From positions 4,040-68,039 of the forward strand of contig JBCDAG010000001.1 in the NCBI GenBank assembly GCA_039186165.1: DNA of 64,000 nt, in the 5' to 3' direction. This DNA is from Cyanobacteria bacterium P01_F01_bin.53 (GTDB lineage Bacteria; Cyanobacteriota; Cyanobacteriia; Phormidesmidales; Phormidesmidaceae). The notes beneath the pieces are model-generated. The model saw nothing but the letters and a program-made list of their open reading frames with translations. It had not been told where the DNA came from and ran no database searches. This document shows positions 34,701-43,322 of the stretch, piece by piece; the stretch's first letter is position 1; each line of letters begins with the position of its first letter. Made by a program: the position numbers and the translations under genes.

Positions 34701-35260
34701 CCAGTCGCAGACGGGGCACAAGCAGCCTGGTAGCTGGCAATCCATTCCTTGAGTAGCAACGGTAGCGACCAGCCATCTAGCACAATGTGGTGGTGCGTCC
34801 AAAGAATACGGTAGTGGTTTGCTCCCAGCTGAATCGCATGGATTCTCATTAAGGGCGCATTGGATAGGGTGAATCCTTGGGTGCGATCGCTGGCGACTAA
34901 TGCTGAGAGCTTTGTCTGTTGCTCTTCACCGGTTAAATTGCCCCAATGGTGCCAGTGGATTGGGAGGCTAGCCTTTTGCCCTACCACTTGAACAGGGGCT
35001 TCTAGATTCTCCCATACAAATGCTGTCCTCAAAATTGTATGACGGGTAACTAGCTGTTGCCAGGCACTTTCGAACGCATCATGGTTGAGCTCTCCTTTTA
35101 AGGTGTAACCTACCTGTACAAGGTACGTACCCGCCTGTGAGTTTCCATATAGACTATGGAATAGCAGCCCTTGCTGCGTGGGAGAAAGGGGATAAATATC
35201 TTGAATAGCTCGGTTGGTGGCAGTTGCTGGCGGTGTTACTGTTATCGGAGATGTCGTCAT
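31784..35260 (-). CDS. NRPS C(DCL-type)-A(Gly)-T
   Basis: YPLSPTQQGLLFH, HHIVLDGWS; code DILQLGVIWK (Gly); GGHSL; basic C-terminal tail KERLKKRLTQRK ahead of a PKS. Confidence 0.95.
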   Translation of the reverse strand: MTTSPITVTPPATATNRAIQDIYPLSPTQQGLLFHSLYGNSQAGTYLVQVGYTLKGELNHDAFESAWQQLVTRHTILRTAFVWENLEAPVQVVGQKASLPIHWHHWGNLTGEEQQTKLSALVASDRTQGFTLSNAPLMRIHAIQLGANHYRILWTHHHIVLDGWSLPLLLKEWIASYQAACAPSATGRMTLDDTTLGDTTLGDTVRPYRDYIAWLQQQDLDAAKQFWEKQLAGISVPTPLGIDNRHDNNTTTSSDQSSGQSSSQSGGQSTVAEPSVSESSFTEQRYQLPIDLSRQLKAFAQKHRLTLSTLVQGAWSKVLSAYSGESTVLYGLARAGRPESLPDAGQRVGLFINTLPMRVSVEPESELIPWLQTIQAQQLAQQPYEYTPLVDIQSVSEIPRQFPLFESVIVFENYPLESAKGISGLDILDVSITEQTHYPLALFAVATDTLAFKALYDKQRFSAPAIARLFSHLHTTLATMMVAPQRNLGGVSILSSAEQQQLLVYGNGPDVSVSPYSVQGAITQQAKQNPDATAVIVKGETTSYQQLNIRANQLAHYLKQQGIASGTPIGLCVERSIDMVVSLLAILKAGCAYVPLDPTYPAARLQYAVADAGIEWIICHDVTMQVIDVEEKSLQQINLSQINLRQCVELIASQPTSETEFTPTPDSLAYLIYTSGSTGNPKGVPITHRSLSNLLGAMATHLQVKPTDTFMAVTTLAFDIAALELFLPLISGACLLLASNETARNSHQLIAYLDTYGVDIMQATPATWRLLLGSGWAGQNGLRILCGGEALDISLAHSLLNCGEEVWNVYGPTETTIWSSALALSKEMLTHGTVPIGHPIDNTQFHVLDEQQQPVPLGVAGELHIGGLGLSPGYWNREDLTREKFIDGLRLHSDQPITLYRTGDRVRYREDGTLEYLGRLDYQAKLRGYRIELGEIETAIARHKQIAQAVVVLQGEAPEHQQLAAYVTLTNSEHDTAIETEQRIVQDVRSQLTQHLPHYMVPTAYQVLPAFPLTPNGKVNRQALPTITTATTTPDTRPKTSIETVLADIWCAILPLDTVGIHDNFFEMGGHSLLVVNAQSKIRQKLGVELSMVDLFRYPTLSTLATHIDQLGQTKEQTDNQAKEKQEKRNVAVSVGKERLKKRLTQRKSAEQRGGQST
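34649..34693. repeat. 3 x 15-nt in-frame tandem repeat (TLDDT/TLGDT/TLGDT)
   Basis: ggtgtcgcctagtgt / ggtgtcacctagtgt / ggtgtcatccagtgt. Confidence 0.85.
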
Positions 35261-38200
35261 TGTTTCACCTCCTGCTCTTTAGAGTCCTGCTCTTTGGAAT
35301 CCTGCTCTTTGGAATCCTGCTCTGGGTTGTTACCCTCATCAGCAAAGCTGACCTGGCTCAGCACGGCTGAGAGTGCTGATGCGTCAAGCTGTACTAAGCC
35401 AAAATCATCAGAGGTGTAGTCAGCCACTTCCTGCTTGCAGCAATGTTCGATGATGGCGGATAGATTTGAAATGAATTGCTCCGCTAACTGACCAATCGTT
35501 TCGCGGGTGTGATAGTCACGGCTGAATATCCATTCGATTTGGAGCTGGTCAGCTTCTATCCAACTGTTGACATCGATCAGGTGCTGTCGAGCATTTTTAG
35601 CTGATTGGTTCGTACTGTGTTTCGTACTGTGTTTCGCCGAAACGACTCTTTTGAACCCTCCTTTTTCGATGGCGTCTAGCTGCCCTAAATAGTTGAAACT
35701 AACGGGTGGGATGATTGCCAACGACGGTGATTGGTCAAGATAGCGTTTGCTCATGTGCCGCAATAGACCGTAACTGAGTCCCTGGTGGGGAACTGCGCGT
35801 AGGTTGCTTTTGATAGCTTTAATACTGTCAGCTAAGGCATGTGGGGCGTCGAACGAGAGCACTACGGGATAGATTGCGGTGAACCAACCTACAGACCTAG
35901 AAAGATCTAACTCTTCAGAGAATCGGCCATAGCTTTCAAGATCAATCAAGACAGAGGTCTCACCGGTCCACTGGGTGAGAGTTTGGGTAAAGGCCGTCAG
36001 TAAAGTTTCGGTGATTTGGGTGTTATAAACAGGCGGAACTTCCCGTAAAAGCGCCTGGGTCAGCGCTAGTGAAAGGCTTACCACCACTGTCTGACTGTGC
36101 CCTATTGTGTTCTCTCTTTTATCTTCCGTTTCCTTGTAAGAGCCGCTGTTTTCAAGCGGTATAGTGTTAACGTTCTTTCGGTGAAGAAGTTCAATCCAAT
36201 AGTCAAAGTCAGCCTCTATTTCGGGCGAGTTTGCGACTTTCTCAAGCTCCTGTGCCCACTGCTGATAGGAATGGGTTTTGGGTGATAGCCTGATAGCCTC
36301 ACCCGCGATGACCTGTTGATAGGCTTGCTGTAGGTCTGCAAGTAATATTCTCCAGGAAACGCCATCTACGATGAGATGGTGAATGGCAATAAACAGTTGT
36401 GCTGGACGAGTCGAGCCTAATTCAAAAACACCTATGCTAACGAGGGGGCCTGCTTGGAGATCGAAACTAGATTGTAGGATGTCGATTTGTTGGGCGATCG
36501 CACTATCTTGCTGATCACTAGGCAACTGAGAAAACTCGAACCCTTTAACAACTGGGGGTGTCATATCCTCTGAATAGGCTTGCTGCCAACCATCATCAGT
36601 GCGATGAAACCTTAGCCTGAGGGCATCATGATGGGCATAGAGGTGGGCAATCGCCACTTCTAGAGCCTCTTGGTTAAAACCATCTGGTAATTCTAAGCGT
36701 ACCGACTGATTAAAGTGCTGCGGCTCGGCCAATGCTTGTTCAAAGAACCAGTGCTGAATCGGTGTGAGGGGAGCTTTGCCAGTCGAGGGCTCCTGGGAGA
36801 GGGCGGTTGATTTTCCTTGCTCAGTCACTGCTGAGAGTTCAGCAATGGTTTGATATTGGAACAACTGTTTCGGAGAAATGGCGAGTCCGGCCTGGGATGC
36901 CTTGCTGACAATTTGCATCGCGAGGATAGAATCACCACCCAGCTCAAAGAAATTATCGTGAATGCCGACGGACTCAGCAGGTAGCAGTGCGGAGAAGATG
37001 TCTACCAGGGTCTCTTCAACCATGCTCTGAGGGCGGTTCTGAGGGCTACCGTTCCCTTCACTCGCCTGTTTCATTTTCCATTCAGGCGCAGGCAGTGCTT
37101 TTCTATCGACCTTGCCATTCGCGGTGAGTGGCAAAGCCTCAATCCAAATAAACTGGGCAGGCACCATGTAGTCAGGTAGTTTCCCTAGCAAAAAGCGTCT
37201 GAGATCTAACGTCGTTACAGGGCTCTCTACCGATTCCGGAGCGCTGGCTTCTTCAGCAGTTTCTAGATAGGCGACCAATCGTTTTTGCTCGGCACTCTCT
37301 CCATCAACAACAACAGCGACTTGTTGAATAGCTGGATGACTTTCTAAAGCAGCGGCTATTTCTCCCGGTTCAATGCGGAAGCCTCTTATTTTTACCTGGT
37401 GATCTAAACGGCCCAGGTATTCTAATGCGCCATCGGTCCGGTATCGGACGCGATCGCCCGTCTTATACAGATACAAGCTATCGCTATCCGAACGCTGGCG
37501 AATATCGTAAAACGGATTGGGAATAAACCGTTCAGCCGTGAGTTGGGGCTGATTTAAGTAGCCACGAGCCACACCTGCTCCGCCAATATACAACTCCCCC
37601 GGAATACCCGCGGGTGCCTGTTGTAGATCCGCATCTAGGACATAAATTTGGGTGTGTTGGAGCGGTTGGCCAATCGGGACCATTGAGTCTAAATCCTGCT
37701 TGGTGACTGTGTGGCAGCAGGTAAATGTAGTCCCTTCGGTAGGACCATAGCCATTGATGATACGAGTATTTGTAAGGGCTGTTAGCGCTTTGCGTAGGTG
37801 ACTTCTTGAGAGCACGTCTCCACCCGCCAAAAGTTTACGGACGCCAGTGAGACTAGTGAGCTGTTCATCCACCATGAGATTGAACAGGCCAGAGGTCAGC
37901 CACAGTGTTGTTATTTGATGTTGGGAAATGGCCTTGCCCAACTCGTCTAAGGACGGTGTCTGGGTAGGGAGTAATACGAGCTTGCCGCCGTTGAGTAAGG
38001 CTCCCCAAATTTCAAAAGTGGAGGCATCAAAGGTGAGCGGCGCGGCCTGCAAGATAACATCACGCTGGGTGAGTGTGACGTAGTTCGGTGCTTTCACAAG
38101 GCGTGTGACGCTCTGATGAGACACGCAGACCCCTTTAGGACGGCCTGTAGAACCCGATGTGTAAAGGATATAAGCCAGTGAGGTAGGTGTGACTGCCGTT

Positions 38201-41200
38201 GGGCTTGAGAGCTGTGTCGCGGGGAATGATGAAAGTTGTTGTGAAATTTCTCCTAGCTCTACCGTGGGAACGATGGCTTTGATCGCGGATGGAACAGTCT
38301 CCTCTGAGTCCTTCCCTGAAGTCTTTTCTGAAGTCTTTTCTGGCGCTTCCGAGATAAGGAGTGCCATTTGGGTGTCGGCTACCATCCACTCCAGTCGCTC
38401 CAGTGGATAGTGAGGATCTAATGGGATATAGGTGCCCCCAGCTTTGAGAATGGCTAAAATAGCGATGAGGGTTGCGGGCGATCGCATGGCCCAAACGCCC
38501 ACAGGTGTCTCGAGACTGACCCCTTGCTTCCGTAAGTAATGCGCTAGCTGATTTGCTTTCTGATTAAGGGTTTGGTATGTGGTTTGAGTGTTTTTGTAGA
38601 CTAGGGCGATCGTGTCAGGCGTCTCACTTGCCTGTGTTTCAAATAGCTGTTGTATATTCTCGTGCGGCAATGGCTGCTCTGAACTATTTTTACTCCAGGC
38701 TTGAAACTGTTTCACTTCCTGCGAAGAGAGCATGGGTAAGGCCGACAGTCTCAAGTCTCCATTGTTGGGAAGTGCTCTGAGTATCGTGCGGAAGTGACCC
38801 GCCATGCGATGAATGGTCTCAGCGCTAAAGAGATCGCTCCGATATTCCCACTGTCCAATCATCCCCCTTTCAGACTCTTTTATATCTAAGGTGAGGTCAA
38901 ACTTTGCTGTCCCACTATCTATGCCGAGTGGTTCCCAGCTTAGTTCTTTCCCATCTATACCTGCCAGAGAACCCGACAGAGACGTTCCTTCGTGGGGCGC
39001 ATTTTGCAGGGCAAACATAACCTGAACCAAGGGTGACTGGCTACGGCTACGCTGAATATCTAACGCATCAATGAGTTGTTCAAAGGGTAAATCTTGGTGA
39101 CTATAGGCTTCTAAAGTAACGCTGCGGACTTGGGTTAGAAAGTCACTAAATCGAGGATTGTTCTGTACTTGGGTGCGGATAACCAGTGTATTTACAAATA
39201 GGCCAATGAGCCCCTCTAGCTCTTTCCGTTGCCGGTTAGCAATGGGCGTGCCAATGGCTAAGTCACTCAGTCCGCTATACCGATAGAGCAAGGCTTTGAA
39301 CGCCGCGAGCAGTGTCATAAACAGCGTCACTTTGTGCCTCTGACTAAATTGCTTTAGGGCCTCTGTTTCTGATCGGGATAGACGAAATTCGTAGCTAGCT
39401 CCTGTTGATGCGGGCTCGGCAGGACGAGCATAGTCAGTAGGGAGGGCCAGTATGGGGGCGATTCCGCTGAGCTGTTTTTTCCAGTACGTGAGCTGATGGC
39501 TTAAATCCAACGTTCTTTGCCACGCTGCGTAGTCCCCATACCGAACGGGCAAGGGGGGCAAAACGTCTGCAAGGTCTTTTCCAGCCTGATGTGCTGTATA
39601 AAAGGCCGTTAGCTCTTTAATCAGGACGCCCATAGACCAGCCATCGGCGACAATATGGTGCAGGATGAATAGGAGAATGTGCTCGCGATCGCTAAGTCGC
39701 AGGAGGTGCGATCGCCACAATGGCCCCTGTGCTAGGTCGAAGGGGTTTTGGGCCTGCTGCTGAATGGTTTGTGTTATCTCGCTGCGTTGCGATTTCCCAT
39801 CTAAATAGCTTAGATCAATAAATTCTAGGTGTACCGGAGATCGGCTCAGACTGCCTTCTGAAGGATGTTTTGCTGAAGGATATTCAGCGGTAAGAATGGT
39901 CGGGACGGCAATTCCCTCGACTGTTGGATAAAGGGTTCTCAAGGTATCGTGTCTACTCACCACCTGCGCAAGACTTTGACACAGCCCCTGTATAGAGAGC
40001 TTGCCCTTAATCCGAACGGCGGTCGGAATATTGTACGCAGCGCTATCTGGATCTAGCTGTGTCATCAGCCATTGTCGTTGTTGTGCGTAGGAGAGGACGC
40101 ACTCGTCGGTACGGGGAATGTTGGGTAAAAATTGAGTGCCCTCTAGCTGAGGGCGAGCCTGCTGACGTTGGATAGCATCGACAAAGTCCGATAGCGTGGG
40201 ATGCTCGAAGAGTGCTCTCAAAGGCACTTCTGTTCCAAATACCTGTCGCACTTGGGCAATCACCTGGGTGGCGAGCAGAGAATGTCCTCCCAATTCAAAG
40301 AAGTTGTCGTTGAGACTCACTTGCGCCACCTTTAGCACGTCTGACCAAATCTCTGCGGTTAGTGTCTCGTTGGGTGTAGAAGGTGGTGCCTTGATGGAGA
40401 CTTTGTGAGAGAAGACGGGTAGCTTATGCCTATCGACTTTGCCGTTAGGTGTGAGCGGAAAGTCCTCCAATACAATGTAGCTATTGGGCAGCATATAAGC
40501 TGGGAGCTGTTGCTTTAGGCTTTGACGGAGTTCATGGGTCAGTTCATAATTGGCCTCATCTGACTCGTTGTCCGTAAGTGTTACATAGGCCAATAGCTGA
40601 GGATTGTCGCCATCAGAAACGATGACTACGGCTTGCTCGATGTTTGGATGCTGGCCTAAGCGAGTTTGAATTTCTCCTAGCTCAATGCGGAAGCCGCGGA
40701 GCTTGATTTGGTTGTCTAATCGCCCTAGGTAATCGAAGGTGCCATCTTCTCGGTAGCGGACGCGATCGCCCGTTTTGTAGAGGATTTCAGAAGGGGTGAG
40801 CGGATGAGCAATAAACCGCTCAGCCGTTAAATCTGGTCGGTTCCAATAGCCTTCACTGAGCCCTGCCCCACCGATACACAGCTCTCCAGCGACTCCCATA
40901 GGGACCTGACGCTGTTGGTCATCTAAAATATAAAACTGGGTGTTTGCAATAGGGGCACCCATTGGAATACTGCCTTGTTGGAGTATTTGTTCATCAATTT
41001 TCAATGCGCCCGACCAAATGGTGGTTTCTGTTGGACCGTACAGATTCCACAGCTCTTTCCCACAAGCTAATAGCTGTTCTGCCAAGGCAAAGTCTAGCGC
41101 TTCTCCACCGCACAACATTTTCAGCTCAGGGCCTTCCCAGCCTGCATTCAAGAGCAATCGCCACGTTGCAGGTGTTGCCTGCATGAGCGTTACATTGTGA

Positions 41201-43320
41201 GCGGTAAGCTGGGCCGCGAGTTGTTCTCCATCTAAAGTGGTTGAGCGGGGTATCATCACAAGATGGGCACCCGTTATCAAGGGGAGGAATATCTCTAGTG
41301 CAGCAATATCAAAGCCCAACGTCGTCACTGCCAATAGCGTGTCATCGGCTGTAATCGCTGAGAGCTCTGCCATCGACGTCAGAAAATTAGTGAGGCTATA
41401 GTGGCGAATCGGCACTCCTTTGGGTTGGCCCGTACTGCCGCTGGTGTAGAGGATATAGGCGGTATCGTTTGAGGTAGCGACCGGTGGGAGATTCTCGCCT
41501 GATTGTTGAGCAATCAAGTCTCTCTGTTCATCTAAACAAAACAGTAAGGCTGTTGTTTTCAGCGTTGACTGCTCAGCAATCGTATTCGTCGTGATTAGGT
41601 GCTCAATTTGAGCATTCTCAACAATGTAGTTAGACCGTTGAGCCGGATGACTGGGGTCGATAGGCACATAAGTGGCCCCTAATTTTAAGATCGCAAGCAG
41701 ACTGGCGACCATATCCACAGAGCGGTCCAGACAAAGACCCACTCGATTGCCTGCGATTACCCCTTGTCGCTTTAGGCTCTGCGCGATTTTATTGGATTGT
41801 TGGTTTAGTTGTTGATAGCTCAGCGTGCTCAAGGTGTCTAATTCCAAGCCCGCTGAAAAGCTAATGGCTATGCTATTCGGTGTTTCGGTAGCTTTCTTTT
41901 CAAATTGTTGATGGACACAATCAGGTGGGACCTCAATGACTTGTCCCTGGCCCATCTCATCGAGCTGTAGCTGTTCAGCTGCCGTCAATACGGGGATATT
42001 CCCTAGGGTTTGTTCTGGGGCCTCGACAAAGCTTCTCAACGCAACTTCTAGGTGCCCGAGTAAGCGAGCAGATAGCGTTTCGGAAATACGCTGGGCATCG
42101 TACCGCAGGCTAAGCTGGATAGACTCCCCTGGAATCACAACCAGCGTCAGGGGATAGTTTGTTTGCTCATACCCCTGTCCATCTCGTAGCGATATGCCAG
42201 TCTCTAAGCTGCTCGTTGCAGCTTCTATGGAAATGGGATAGTTCTCAAAGACTAATAGGCTCTCAAATAGGGGCGCTCCACTGGGGATGTCGCTCCAGGA
42301 TTGTACGTCAGCGAGGAGGCTATAGCTGTATGTCTCTCGGTCGCGCTGAGCTTGTTGTAATTCTTGTAACCAGGGCAAAAGCGGGTCCGTTGGCGAGAGT
42401 TGTGCTCGCAACGGTACCGTGTTAATAAACAGTCCAACCATTGCGGATACGCCCGCTAACGCCGGGGGGCGCCCCGAGACCGTAACCCCAAAGAGCACAT
42501 CCTCTAGTCCGCTGTAACGGCCAAGGACAATCGCCCAAGCCCCTTGTAGTAGCGTATTCAGTGTGAGGCGTGACTGACTTGCAAACGTTTGCAAATCTTT
42601 TGAAAGGGCCCTCGAGAGAAAATATTTCTCTTCCTGATGGATATCGAATTCTTCGATATTCGAATTATCTGTTTGTACTCGATCAATCCCTAAGGGTGTT
42701 GGTGACTCAAATCCTTTTAGGACGTCTCGCCAGTAGGCTTCTGCACTTTCTTTATTCTGTTTCTGAAGCCAGACAATATACTCGCGGTAAGGCTTAACGG
42801 GGAGTAGCGCACACCGCTGCCCTTGAAGCTTGGCTTGATAAATGGTCAGAACTTCTTTAATCAAGACACCATTACACCAGCCATCCATGAGCAGATGGTG
42901 ATAGTTCCAAACAAATCGGTACTGACTATCTCCGAGTCGGAGGAGCCCGCAGCGCATCAACGGCCCACGATCTAGCTGAAATCCCTGAAGACGTTCCGCG
43001 ATCAAAAAAGCTTCAAGCTTCTCATTCTGCTGCGTAGGACTGAACTCGGTCCAGTCCTCTTCAATCCAAGGCAGTTCTAGAGTTTCATACACAACCTGAA
43101 GCGGCTTGTCTGTTTCTTCCCAATGGAATTCACTGCGCAATGTATCGTAGCGATCACATACCTGCTGCCAAGCCTGCCTAAAGGCCTGTGAATCGAGCGA
43201 GCCTTCCAAAAGACAATGGCGTTGCTCAAAGTAGACCCCTGTTTCAGGTGCATAGAGGCTGTGAAACAGCATACCCTGCTGCATAGGAGAGAGTTCATAA
43301 AGGTCTTGAACAGTACTCAT
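35257..43320 (-). CDS. NRPS C(DCL-type)-A(Gly)-T-C-A(Val)-T-E
   Basis: YELSPMQQGMLFH; codes DILQLGLIWK (Gly) and DAFWLGGTFK (Val); GGDSI T domain; E domain HHLIVDGVSW, RSVGWFT. Confidence 0.95.
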   Translation of the reverse strand: MSTVQDLYELSPMQQGMLFHSLYAPETGVYFEQRHCLLEGSLDSQAFRQAWQQVCDRYDTLRSEFHWEETDKPLQVVYETLELPWIEEDWTEFSPTQQNEKLEAFLIAERLQGFQLDRGPLMRCGLLRLGDSQYRFVWNYHHLLMDGWCNGVLIKEVLTIYQAKLQGQRCALLPVKPYREYIVWLQKQNKESAEAYWRDVLKGFESPTPLGIDRVQTDNSNIEEFDIHQEEKYFLSRALSKDLQTFASQSRLTLNTLLQGAWAIVLGRYSGLEDVLFGVTVSGRPPALAGVSAMVGLFINTVPLRAQLSPTDPLLPWLQELQQAQRDRETYSYSLLADVQSWSDIPSGAPLFESLLVFENYPISIEAATSSLETGISLRDGQGYEQTNYPLTLVVIPGESIQLSLRYDAQRISETLSARLLGHLEVALRSFVEAPEQTLGNIPVLTAAEQLQLDEMGQGQVIEVPPDCVHQQFEKKATETPNSIAISFSAGLELDTLSTLSYQQLNQQSNKIAQSLKRQGVIAGNRVGLCLDRSVDMVASLLAILKLGATYVPIDPSHPAQRSNYIVENAQIEHLITTNTIAEQSTLKTTALLFCLDEQRDLIAQQSGENLPPVATSNDTAYILYTSGSTGQPKGVPIRHYSLTNFLTSMAELSAITADDTLLAVTTLGFDIAALEIFLPLITGAHLVMIPRSTTLDGEQLAAQLTAHNVTLMQATPATWRLLLNAGWEGPELKMLCGGEALDFALAEQLLACGKELWNLYGPTETTIWSGALKIDEQILQQGSIPMGAPIANTQFYILDDQQRQVPMGVAGELCIGGAGLSEGYWNRPDLTAERFIAHPLTPSEILYKTGDRVRYREDGTFDYLGRLDNQIKLRGFRIELGEIQTRLGQHPNIEQAVVIVSDGDNPQLLAYVTLTDNESDEANYELTHELRQSLKQQLPAYMLPNSYIVLEDFPLTPNGKVDRHKLPVFSHKVSIKAPPSTPNETLTAEIWSDVLKVAQVSLNDNFFELGGHSLLATQVIAQVRQVFGTEVPLRALFEHPTLSDFVDAIQRQQARPQLEGTQFLPNIPRTDECVLSYAQQRQWLMTQLDPDSAAYNIPTAVRIKGKLSIQGLCQSLAQVVSRHDTLRTLYPTVEGIAVPTILTAEYPSAKHPSEGSLSRSPVHLEFIDLSYLDGKSQRSEITQTIQQQAQNPFDLAQGPLWRSHLLRLSDREHILLFILHHIVADGWSMGVLIKELTAFYTAHQAGKDLADVLPPLPVRYGDYAAWQRTLDLSHQLTYWKKQLSGIAPILALPTDYARPAEPASTGASYEFRLSRSETEALKQFSQRHKVTLFMTLLAAFKALLYRYSGLSDLAIGTPIANRQRKELEGLIGLFVNTLVIRTQVQNNPRFSDFLTQVRSVTLEAYSHQDLPFEQLIDALDIQRSRSQSPLVQVMFALQNAPHEGTSLSGSLAGIDGKELSWEPLGIDSGTAKFDLTLDIKESERGMIGQWEYRSDLFSAETIHRMAGHFRTILRALPNNGDLRLSALPMLSSQEVKQFQAWSKNSSEQPLPHENIQQLFETQASETPDTIALVYKNTQTTYQTLNQKANQLAHYLRKQGVSLETPVGVWAMRSPATLIAILAILKAGGTYIPLDPHYPLERLEWMVADTQMALLISEAPEKTSEKTSGKDSEETVPSAIKAIVPTVELGEISQQLSSFPATQLSSPTAVTPTSLAYILYTSGSTGRPKGVCVSHQSVTRLVKAPNYVTLTQRDVILQAAPLTFDASTFEIWGALLNGGKLVLLPTQTPSLDELGKAISQHQITTLWLTSGLFNLMVDEQLTSLTGVRKLLAGGDVLSRSHLRKALTALTNTRIINGYGPTEGTTFTCCHTVTKQDLDSMVPIGQPLQHTQIYVLDADLQQAPAGIPGELYIGGAGVARGYLNQPQLTAERFIPNPFYDIRQRSDSDSLYLYKTGDRVRYRTDGALEYLGRLDHQVKIRGFRIEPGEIAAALESHPAIQQVAVVVDGESAEQKRLVAYLETAEEASAPESVESPVTTLDLRRFLLGKLPDYMVPAQFIWIEALPLTANGKVDRKALPAPEWKMKQASEGNGSPQNRPQSMVEETLVDIFSALLPAESVGIHDNFFELGGDSILAMQIVSKASQAGLAISPKQLFQYQTIAELSAVTEQGKSTALSQEPSTGKAPLTPIQHWFFEQALAEPQHFNQSVRLELPDGFNQEALEVAIAHLYAHHDALRLRFHRTDDGWQQAYSEDMTPPVVKGFEFSQLPSDQQDSAIAQQIDILQSSFDLQAGPLVSIGVFELGSTRPAQLFIAIHHLIVDGVSWRILLADLQQAYQQVIAGEAIRLSPKTHSYQQWAQELEKVANSPEIEADFDYWIELLHRKNVNTIPLENSGSYKETEDKRENTIGHSQTVVVSLSLALTQALLREVPPVYNTQITETLLTAFTQTLTQWTGETSVLIDLESYGRFSEELDLSRSVGWFTAIYPVVLSFDAPHALADSIKAIKSNLRAVPHQGLSYGLLRHMSKRYLDQSPSLAIIPPVSFNYLGQLDAIEKGGFKRVVSAKHSTKHSTNQSAKNARQHLIDVNSWIEADQLQIEWIFSRDYHTRETIGQLAEQFISNLSAIIEHCCKQEVADYTSDDFGLVQLDASALSAVLSQVSFADEGNNPEQDSKEQDSKEQDSKEQEVKQ
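35267..35273 (-). promoter_or_regulatory. Shine-Dalgarno AGGAGGT for the 31784..35260 gene
   Basis: AGGAGGTGAAACAATGA; ATGA overlap. Confidence 0.75.
35271..35323. repeat. ~3.5 x 15-nt in-frame tandem repeat (EQDSK)
   Basis: cctgctctttagagt / cctgctctttggaat x2 / cctgctct. Confidence 0.88.
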
Positions 43321-43322
43321 AA

